Shown: positions 1 to 8,376 of the stretch, one piece after another
Numbering within the stretch: position 1 is the stretch's first letter
Layout: each line of letters starts with the position of its first letter
NCBI GenBank assembly: GCA_948467605.1
Contig: CAOKET010000002.1
Coordinates: forward strand, 14,410 to 78,409
From: an uncultured Mycoplasmatota bacterium
GTDB taxonomy: Bacteria; Bacillota_I; Bacilli_A; RF39; UBA660
Direction of reading: 5' to 3'
Length of the DNA stretch: 64,000 nt
Made by a program: the position numbers and the translations under genes
The notes under the pieces: generated by a model
Databases searched by the model: none
What the model was told of the DNA's origin: nothing
What the model saw: the letters and a program-made list of their open reading frames with translations, nothing else

Positions 1-186
1 TTAATTTATCAAAATCAGTAGTTAAATTTTTACTAAAGTCATCTTTAAATGTATTGATTTCTTTTACTATGTTTACTTCAAATCTGCCAAGTCTCTCAGT
101 TGTATCATCGTTTCCATTTCTTCTAAATAATAATATTGTTACTAATATTATTAGTATTACTAGTAATATTATAATTATATACTCCA
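1..186 (-). CDS. Small hypothetical membrane protein (61 aa, one N-terminal TM helix); complete ORF abutting the window edge
   Basis: Reverse-strand ORF MEYIIIILLVILIILVTILLFRRNGNDD... with the stop at positions 1-3. Hydrophobic N-terminus. No homology recognised. Confidence 0.2.
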
Positions 187-241
187 TGTTACCACCAATA
201 TAATTTTATCATAAAAGAAATACCTATAAAAGTATTTCGTA

Positions 242-1096
242 TTATTTTATCTTAACTTTTCTATCATTAATTACTTGTTCTATCATAAGATAATTCATTT
301 TAAATCTAACCTTTATTCTATCTCTAACATTTGGCTGTATTTTAGTTTTTATTCTTTTTTCTACCTTTTTTAGTATTTCTTCTATGTTATCTTCATCGAT
401 AATTTTTAATTTTTCTACAATTATATCTCTATATATAGAATCGCTATAACATATAAATTTGCTAAGTAGGTTGTAACTATAACCATTTACGGTTGTATGA
501 TGATCTTCTCTATTTATTCCTACCGAATAAATACCCCTATTAATAGAATAATATGATAACATTTTTTCATTATCAAATACTTTTGCAAAATGTATTCCAT
601 ATTCATTTTCTACTATTCCAAAATTTTCTATGTGTCTATCTATATTACCAATTAAAATGTCAAATATGAATATATTAATTAATTCTTCCATTAATATTTT
701 TATTTGTTCATTGCCATAAAGTTGTGATAATGCTACCCATATGTCTTCTAAATTATTATATCTTTCTAATTGTCCTTCTTTAAATGCTCCTTTTAGAATT
801 TGTTCCATAGTTATATATTTATCACTTGGTGATAAAAAACTTTCACTTATTACTCCGATAAAATTATAGTTTGATGCCAAATCATAATGTGTACATGGTA
901 TACCAAATTGTTTTGCTATTTCTTCAGCGATTAACTCATTATATGCCCCATCAATAATTTTTGATTTTTTGAAAAAATACTTTTTATCTTTATAGTAAAA
1001 TGAAAAATGTCCAGTATATTTGTTAATGTATTGCATGGTTTCGCACTTTAATTTTTCTATTTCAATAAATCCTAGTTCATCTCTTGCCTTTTCCAT
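242..1096 (-). CDS. HipA-like / PI3-PI4-kinase-like protein kinase domain protein
   Basis: A catalytic-loop-like motif GNIDRHIENFG (DRHxxN), as in HipA_C and PI3/4-kinase catalytic loops. 284 aa. No adjacent HipB-like HTH gene. Confidence 0.4.
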   Translation of the reverse strand: MEKARDELGFIEIEKLKCETMQYINKYTGHFSFYYKDKKYFFKKSKIIDGAYNELIAEEIAKQFGIPCTHYDLASNYNFIGVISESFLSPSDKYITMEQILKGAFKEGQLERYNNLEDIWVALSQLYGNEQIKILMEELINIFIFDILIGNIDRHIENFGIVENEYGIHFAKVFDNEKMLSYYSINRGIYSVGINREDHHTTVNGYSYNLLSKFICYSDSIYRDIIVEKLKIIDEDNIEEILKKVEKRIKTKIQPNVRDRIKVRFKMNYLMIEQVINDRKVKIK

Positions 1097-1302
1097 AGTA
1101 ACCTTCCTTGGTTACTTATTATAACATATTTTATTGTGTACTTTTTTAATATATTAATATCTTTTAATGATTTTAGTATTATAAAATATCCTGTTATCAT
1201 TAGAAATAATGGTACACATATTCTAAATATTATTCTAGTAAATATATAGTCAATATCATCATTAATAAATGAAAGTGAATACACATGGATTGCTATTATC
1301 AT
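1072..1302 (-). pseudogene. N-terminal fragment resembling an acyltransferase-3 (OatA-like) membrane protein
   Basis: The 76-aa ORF ...ICVPLFLMITGYFIIL... resembles the first TM segments of acyltransferase family 3. It is far too short to be functional and overlaps the next gene's start. Confidence 0.25.
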
Positions 1303-1353
1303 AAATGATGCGATTAATCTTGCTATATCAATATTTAGTTTTTTTTAATATAT

Positions 1354-1557
1354 TCATTTTATCTTCCTTGTAATTATAAAGCCATCTATATCAGGCATCA
1401 TAACATCTAGTATTGCTAGATCTATATTTAAATTATCTATATCAGTTAATACATTTTTACTACTGTAATATTTATATACATTATAGTTTTCATTTTTTAA
1501 GTATATTTCTATTAAATCTGCGATTTCTTTTTCATCATCTACAACAAGAATATTCAT
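1354..1557 (-). pseudogene. Truncated response-regulator receiver domain (67 aa)
   Basis: MNILVVDDEKEIADLIEIYL...LDVMMPDIDGF is a canonical REC N-terminus (DD acidic pocket, phospho-accepting D in LDVMMP) but stops after about 67 aa. There is no output domain. Confidence 0.55.
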
Positions 1558-1687
1558 AAGTACCTACTTAAAAATAATATTATACCTTACTTTATATATT
1601 ATTAAAATTGCATTTTACATTTTGAGTAAAACTTATTTTATATATAATGTAAAAGAGAAGATAATATATCTTCCCATAATTTATACA

Positions 1688-2149
1688 TTAGTCTATATTT
1701 ATATTTACACTACCAAAATAATTACGTGCTTTTATTATTAAATAGTTACTACCATCTTTTATATTAAGAGCAAATTCATATTCACCACTTTTTGTTGCAA
1801 GTATTTTTTGTTTTCCCTTTAAATTCATAATTACTTCTATATCTCCTGAATAATTATCTATACGTAATTTAATGTGTATTGTTCCACCATTTTCTCTTTT
1901 TAGCGTTGTTCCACCAAATAATATTTCTTTTCCATTAAAGTTTTTATACTTTGCTTCATAAGTTCCTACATAATGGTCTTCCCCAAATTTGCGTTTTCCT
2001 TTTAAAGTTATATTATTAGTTAGAATTAAATCCCCAATATTTTTATTTATATTATCATAAGTATTAATAATCATGTTCTTACTACATCCTTGGCAAAGTA
2101 CTATACTAATTACTAATGTAAGAGCAAGAAACCATATTTTTTTTATCAT
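1688..2149 (-). CDS. Lipoprotein of unknown function, downstream of the Bce-type transporter
   Basis: Signal peptide with a lipobox-like LCQGCS. 153 aa. Same strand as the upstream ABC transporter, 19 bp downstream of it. Confidence 0.5.
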   Translation of the reverse strand: MIKKIWFLALTLVISIVLCQGCSKNMIINTYDNINKNIGDLILTNNITLKGKRKFGEDHYVGTYEAKYKNFNGKEILFGGTTLKRENGGTIHIKLRIDNYSGDIEVIMNLKGKQKILATKSGEYEFALNIKDGSNYLIIKARNYFGSVNINID

Positions 2150-2168
2150 TTAATCATCTTCCTCAAAG

Positions 2169-4235
2169 TTATCTATCCTTAATAATATTTTTACTGCAAA
2201 TATATGTAATTAGAAAATATCCACCATATATAATAACGATTACACTAGCAGTCATGATAATTGATGGTAATAATTGATTTGTACCAAAAGAGGATAATAT
2301 ATAATTGCAAAATTTAATTCCAAAAACGGAATGAATAATTGCAATTAATAATGGGAACATAAAGAATATAGCAATTTGATTAAATAACGCTTTATTCAAC
2401 GATTTTTCATCTGTTCCTATTTTTCTTAGTACTATAAATCTTTCTTTATTGTCTGTACTTTCTGACAATTCCTTTAACGCTAGTATTGCAGCACTACTAA
2501 TTAGGAAAATTATACCTAAATAAATACCAATAAATGTTACCATTGCACCAAGTCCTACACTTGATTCATATATGTGTAACTTTGTTGCTGTTTGTAAGTT
2601 AGTCATACTAGCATATGGATGACTTTCAATACTTCGAACTATGTTTTCTATATTTTCTTTTTCCTTCTCTATTTTTACATTATAATTTCCAATTATTACA
2701 CTTTGTATACGAATTGACTCATCAACAGCATTATCTGGTACTATGAATATTCCAGTATTCATATGATTACTAGACATATGATAAAATCCATTTATAACTT
2801 TATCGTACTTTGGGCTATAAGTTTTGCCTAGTAATGTAATAGGAGTATTTAATTTTAGAGATTCATTTCTCATTATATTTGTCTGTTCATAGTCAGCTAT
2901 TATGATATATTCATCGTCATTCAATGATAATTCATCTAAGTTAAATAATCTTGCTATCTTGTTATAATCACTTAATTTTATAAACTCTTCTTTCGCATTA
3001 AAGTCTGCAAGTGGATAGAGTCTATGTGCCTCATCATAATATGAACCTAGTGTGTCTTTAATTAAAATGTCATCAGTGGAATATGTATTAAATTCTATTA
3101 TATCTTTTAAATATTTATCTATATCATAATCTAATTTTTCTAGGGTTTCTCTTGCTGATATTTTGGAGTCTTCAATCATATTTATATTATATCTCCAATT
3201 AGAATTTGCAATTTCTTCGGTCAAATCTAATGTTTTATAAAATTCAACATCAGCAGGTGCAAGTGTTTTTAAATTATGTGTCATAGAATTTTTGATAGAT
3301 AATGCACTAGATAATACACATATTGTTACAAAAAGCATTAAACATATAATTGTCATTGATACAACTGTTGTATTTATCTTGCTACTTAATTGTCTTAAGG
3401 TAAAACTGTTTAGTCCCCTATAATAAAGTTTTTTCATACTCATTACTATTTTTAGTATTAAGCCTGATAAAGACCAAAATATAAGAAATGTCGATACTGC
3501 ACCCATTATTATTGGTTTAAATATCTCAACTGCATTTGCTAGAGAGTTAATTCCATTAGTAACTAGGTAATAGGCGTACCCTAAGATACATGATGATATT
3601 ATAAATATTATTATACAAATAATAGGATTTTTTAGTTTTATTTTTTCAGATTTTTTACTTCCATGAATCAAGTCTATAAGTTTACATCTACTAACATTAA
3701 TCGTATTAAATATCATTACGAATAAATACATAATACCAAAATAAATTAATGTTTTAATAAATGAACTATTAGAGAATATAAATGTGAATTTAGTTAAATC
3801 TGCTTCAAACATATTTGCAACAAGTATACTCATAAACTGTGATAGTATAATACCAATCGCAAGTCCAACTACAAGTGATATAATTCCTATAAAAAGTGTT
3901 TCAACAAATAAAATCATAGATATTTTTCTTTTACTCATACCTAAAGTTAAATATATTCCAAATTCTTTTTTCCTTCTTTTTATTAAAAATCTACTTGCAT
4001 ATATTATTAAGAAACCAAGTATAAATGCAATAAAAACACTTACACCTGATAATAAATTAGTCATTAATTTTATAATGTCTCTTGTATTTGAACTTACATT
4101 CATCATAACAGTTTGACTATCAAGAGCATTAAATATATAAAATATTGCAACTCCAAGAATAAGTGTAAAAAAGTAGATGGCGTAATCTTTAAAACTTTTT
4201 CTTATGTTTTTTAATGATAATTTAAATAACATCAC
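2169..4235 (-). CDS. BceB-type ABC transporter permease (FtsX-like, 10 TM with a large extracellular domain)
   Basis: 688 aa. The pattern of TM helices and a roughly 200-aa soluble loop between TM7 and TM8 is typical of BceB/VraG. Its start overlaps the end of the ATPase gene by 14 nt. Confidence 0.8.
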   Translation of the reverse strand: MMLFKLSLKNIRKSFKDYAIYFFTLILGVAIFYIFNALDSQTVMMNVSSNTRDIIKLMTNLLSGVSVFIAFILGFLIIYASRFLIKRRKKEFGIYLTLGMSKRKISMILFVETLFIGIISLVVGLAIGIILSQFMSILVANMFEADLTKFTFIFSNSSFIKTLIYFGIMYLFVMIFNTINVSRCKLIDLIHGSKKSEKIKLKNPIICIIIFIISSCILGYAYYLVTNGINSLANAVEIFKPIIMGAVSTFLIFWSLSGLILKIVMSMKKLYYRGLNSFTLRQLSSKINTTVVSMTIICLMLFVTICVLSSALSIKNSMTHNLKTLAPADVEFYKTLDLTEEIANSNWRYNINMIEDSKISARETLEKLDYDIDKYLKDIIEFNTYSTDDILIKDTLGSYYDEAHRLYPLADFNAKEEFIKLSDYNKIARLFNLDELSLNDDEYIIIADYEQTNIMRNESLKLNTPITLLGKTYSPKYDKVINGFYHMSSNHMNTGIFIVPDNAVDESIRIQSVIIGNYNVKIEKEKENIENIVRSIESHPYASMTNLQTATKLHIYESSVGLGAMVTFIGIYLGIIFLISSAAILALKELSESTDNKERFIVLRKIGTDEKSLNKALFNQIAIFFMFPLLIAIIHSVFGIKFCNYILSSFGTNQLLPSIIMTASVIVIIYGGYFLITYICSKNIIKDR

Positions 4236-4989
4236 TTAAGTCCCCACCTAATAATGTAACTACATCAATAATTTTATCAAAAAATTCTTTTCTTGATGAT
4301 TCACCTTTATTTATTTCGTTAAAAATTTTACCATCTTTAATAAATATTACACGTGATGCATAACTTGCTGTAAATGCATCATGGGTAACCATTAGAATAG
4401 TTGCCTCAAGTTCACTATTTAGTATTTCAAATCTTTCTAGTAGCATTTTTGCTGACTTAGAGTCTAGGGCTCCAGTTGGCTCATCTGCAAGAACAAGTTT
4501 AGGTTCTGTTATAATTGCTCTAGCAGATGCCACTCTTTGCTTTTGACCACCACTCATTTGATATGGATATTTGTCTAAACAATCACTAATATTTAGTTGT
4601 GCTGCTACTGATTTGATTTTTTTATCAATTTGGCTAAAATTAATATTTTGTATTGATAAAGCAAGAGCAATATTTTCATACGCTGTTAGAGTATCTAAAA
4701 GATTAAAATCTTGAAATATAAAGCCTAAGTATTCTCTTCTAAATTTATTTAAGTCATTTCCTTTTAATTTAGTTATATCAATACCTGATATGTATATATG
4801 TCCAGATGTTACTTTATCGATTGTAGATAAACAATTTAATAGAGTAGTTTTCCCTGAACCACTAGCACCCATGATTGCAACAAATTCACCCTTTTCTACT
4901 TCAAAACATATATTATCAATTGCTTTTGTAAGAGATGATTTATTACCATAATACTTTTCTATATTTTCAACTTTTAAAATATTTTCCAT
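4222..4989 (-). CDS. BceA-type ABC transporter ATP-binding protein
   Basis: Walker A GASGSGKTT, ABC signature LSGGQKQR, Walker B LVLADEPTGALD, H-loop VTHD. Confidence 0.9.
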   Translation of the reverse strand: MENILKVENIEKYYGNKSSLTKAIDNICFEVEKGEFVAIMGASGSGKTTLLNCLSTIDKVTSGHIYISGIDITKLKGNDLNKFRREYLGFIFQDFNLLDTLTAYENIALALSIQNINFSQIDKKIKSVAAQLNISDCLDKYPYQMSGGQKQRVASARAIITEPKLVLADEPTGALDSKSAKMLLERFEILNSELEATILMVTHDAFTASYASRVIFIKDGKIFNEINKGESSRKEFFDKIIDVVTLLGGDLSDVI

Positions 4990-5081
4990 ATATAATATTT
5001 CTCCTTTCCATATACATAATAGAAGAAAATATCATTTTTGTCGTTTTTCTAATATTTCAATAATATTACAATTTTGTAATA

Positions 5082-6101
5082 TTACTTTAAAACTTCATAA
5101 TATCTATTTTTAGAAATTATTATTGATACTTTTGTATATTTATTTTCAGTTGATTCTATTTCTATTTTATGGCCTAATTTTTGACATAAGTTTTTAGCAA
5201 TGAATAGGCCCATACCTGTTGATTTTGTCATTATTCTCCCATTTTTTCCAGTAAATGTTTTATCAAATACTTTTCTTATATCACTAGGTTGTATACCTAT
5301 ACCATTGTCTTCTATAGTTAATATTATTTTATCCTCATAATCATGAGTGTCTATTTTAACATAAGAATTTCTTATTTTTCTTTTATATTTTATACTATTA
5401 TTTATTATTTGGTTTATTATAAATTCTAACCATTTGGAGTCTGTATATATTTTATACTCTACATTTAATACTATTAAATCTATTTTATTTTCTAATAAGT
5501 CATCTTTATTTTTTAATGCCACATTACTAATTATTTTATTTAGTGAAACTTCATTTATAAGATAGTCTTTTTCTGCATTTTCACTTCTTGCATAATATAG
5601 AACCTGCTCTACATAGTTTTCGAGTTTTTTTATTTGTTCTTCATATTTTTTATCAAGAATACTACTATTATTATGGGTCATTAAAACAAGAGATGCGATT
5701 GGTATTTTTACCTCATGAATCCACATTTCTATATACTCCTTAAAATCATTCATTTGTGATTCAATAGAATTTATAAATTCCATCATAGATTTATTTACCT
5801 CATAAAGCGCTTGACATAAAATCTCTCCATCATAAAAGTTAGGTTTATTAATTGTTTCTAAGACCAAGTATGCTTTATCAAGTTTTTCAATATTAGATAA
5901 AAGATTTGTATAAAAGTCTTTTCTTCTAAAATACTCTATTGATAAAATAACTATAATAAAGACAAATAGTATTACTGATGTGACTAATATCAAAGATTTA
6001 TCTATTTTAAATGCTAAAAACATTAATAATAGTACTATATATATTACTAAAAATATAATTATTAAGTATAACTTGTCATTTAAGAATTTTTTTAAACTCA
6101 T
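5082..6101 (-). CDS. BceS-type intramembrane-sensing histidine kinase
   Basis: Two N-terminal TM helices with a minimal extracellular loop. H-box HEVKIPIASL. HATPase G-boxes (DNGIGI, GMGL). The ATGA start/stop overlap with the response-regulator gene indicates translational coupling. Confidence 0.85.
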   Translation of the reverse strand: MSLKKFLNDKLYLIIIFLVIYIVLLLMFLAFKIDKSLILVTSVILFVFIIVILSIEYFRRKDFYTNLLSNIEKLDKAYLVLETINKPNFYDGEILCQALYEVNKSMMEFINSIESQMNDFKEYIEMWIHEVKIPIASLVLMTHNNSSILDKKYEEQIKKLENYVEQVLYYARSENAEKDYLINEVSLNKIISNVALKNKDDLLENKIDLIVLNVEYKIYTDSKWLEFIINQIINNSIKYKRKIRNSYVKIDTHDYEDKIILTIEDNGIGIQPSDIRKVFDKTFTGKNGRIMTKSTGMGLFIAKNLCQKLGHKIEIESTENKYTKVSIIISKNRYYEVLK

Positions 6102-6760
6102 GATAGTATGTAACCTATACCTTTCCTCGTTTCAATGGCATTTTCATATCCAACGCTTTTTAATTTTGATCTTAGTCTACTTATATTAACAGTTAGTGCA
6201 TTATCATTAATATATTCATTATTATTCCAAAGATCAGTCATAAGTTCATCTCTAGTAACAATTTTATTTTGATGAGTTAAAAGATAGTTAAAAATAATCA
6301 TTTCATTTTTAGTTAGTATAACTTCTATATCTTCTCTTTTTATAATACCTTTTTGCATATTTATATCTAAGTCTTTATAAATTAATATATCATTATTATT
6401 TCCAGTTCTTTTTAAAACGGCTGCTATTCTAAGAAGTAGAATATTTGGATTGTATGGTTTTGTAATATAGTCATCTGCACCATAACTCATTGATAATACT
6501 TCATCACTTTCTTGGTTTCTACTAGTTACCATAATAACAGGAACATTTGATTTTTTCCTTAAATTTTGAAGAAGTAATTCTCCATTTATATATGGTATAT
6601 TAATATCTAATAATACTAAATCTGGTTTTATTTCCAATATTTCATTAATAGCATTTTCAAAATTATATATAATAAAGGAATTATATCCAGAGTTTTGTAG
6701 TAGGCTTGCTAATTCATCTCTAATTACTTCATCATCTTCTATTATTAGTATTTTTTTCAT
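6098..6760 (-). CDS. OmpR-family response regulator (BceR-like)
   Basis: REC domain (IIEDDEV, LDINIP) plus a C-terminal winged-helix trans_reg_C (TVNISRLRSKL...GYIL). Confidence 0.9.
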   Translation of the reverse strand: MKKILIIEDDEVIRDELASLLQNSGYNSFIIYNFENAINEILEIKPDLVLLDINIPYINGELLLQNLRKKSNVPVIMVTSRNQESDEVLSMSYGADDYITKPYNPNILLLRIAAVLKRTGNNNDILIYKDLDINMQKGIIKREDIEVILTKNEMIIFNYLLTHQNKIVTRDELMTDLWNNNEYINDNALTVNISRLRSKLKSVGYENAIETRKGIGYILS

Positions 6761-6853
6761 ATACTCACCTATATATATTATAACATGTATAATAATATAT
6801 TAAACGTTACAAAATTGTAAGAATAAAAAAATACAAACATAATTATTCGTATT

Positions 6854-8238
6854 TTATTTCATTATATTTTTTAAAGGCACAGCAATACTCTTTAGTTTTT
6901 CAAAACATTGTTTAGCCCTTTTTATTTCAAGTTTATTCATTGTAACATATCCTCTTGATGTACCATCACTAGGAAGGTCAACAAGTAGTGCATAATCATC
7001 TATACCAATCCATCCATTATTAATTATTTTAATAAGTTCTGGATGATTTTTTCTTAGTTCATCTATATCAACAAAACTCGTTATTATCTTGTTACTGGAT
7101 AGATATCTTTGAATATATTTGTTACTTTTATATATTTCAATATTAGATGAACTAAATATAAATATTCTATGCATTTTTACACCGCGATCTGCCGCATCAA
7201 AATTACTTTGAATAAATTTTCTTTCTGCAGGATCTTCATTCCATTCATTATCCATCATAGTAGATGTAATCCACATCTGTGAACCACTCTTAGTTTCATT
7301 AAAGAACTTGTCTAAGATTCGGTAAAATTTTCCTGAATCTAAATCTTCTGTTTTGGATTGTTCATCAAATGCCAAATATCCACCATCTGATATTAATGAA
7401 CTACCATTAGTATATTTATGTCTTGTGAGCATTAGATAAATATCATCTGCAATTTCATATGGGTCTCCAAGACGTTTCATAGGTATAGAGGATGATGTTT
7501 TATTAAATGAATCATCACTTTCCATTACACCGCCTATCCATCCTGCTACTACTGAATTAAATCGTACCCCATACATTTCTGTATAAACATTTGCAAATGT
7601 TTTAACAAGATTTTCCTTTGCTGCTTGTGCTGATGCATACGCAGATGCTCCAAACGATCCTCGATATGCTTCAATACTATTTACTATTACTATACTAGAT
7701 TCAAAGTTCATCTTTTTTACTATTTCTCTTACTAATAAATTTGCTGCAAATACATTTACTCTATAACTATCTTCAAATTTATCGTAATCAAAATCTAGTG
7801 AATCCTCCAATTCAAAGTATATTTCCATAAATACAAATCCATAAATGTCACCATGTATATCTCTTACTGTATTTAAAAGCGTATCTCTATTAAAGTAGTC
7901 TACTACCCTTAATTCTACATCACTAGTTATTAAAGTTTTATCTATATCACTATATTGTTGATATAATCCTATAATATAATATCCTTTTTCTAGTAAGATT
8001 TTTGTTAGTTCTTTACCTATTTCAGAATTAATACCTGCAATAACAATTACTTTTTTATCAAGTTGTTCTTTTGAGTAAGCAGTTCTTTTATCTATTGGTT
8101 TACTAGTATTTTTAGGAATATTCCACCTTCTACCTATTTTAAATGCTCCTGGTATTCTGTTGTTATTTAGTAAATTTACTATTCTTCTTTCACTTATTCC
8201 CCAAAGTTTAGATGCCTGTTTTACTGTTAAATATTCCA
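6854..8238 (-). CDS. HTH (excisionase/MerR-like HTH_17) fused to a degenerate SDR/NmrA-like Rossmann domain plus a C-terminal domain of unknown function
   Basis: The likely start is MEYLTVKQASKLWGISERRI (RBS GGTGAT upstream). The N-terminal HTH is followed by VIVIAGINSEIGKEL (glycine-rich NAD(P) loop). An SDR-like YASAQAAK replaces the catalytic YxxxK (K to Q). The C-terminal ~170 aa are unassigned. Confidence 0.55.
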
Positions 8239-8376
8239 TTTCTATCACCAATTTTATAATATACCTAGTTCGGAACAATGTCAATATGTATGTACTTTAT
8301 ATAGTGATAGAAATTATTGTTTAAAATGCAAAAAAGAAATGATTTGTTGTCATTTCTTAAATAAAGTTTACAATTT

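Noticed and set aside
3784-4116. 110-aa plus-strand ORF inside the BceB permease gene
   Set aside because: Entirely antisense to a well-supported CDS. Ile/Leu/Asn-rich composition is expected from the reverse complement of AT-rich coding DNA. No RBS.
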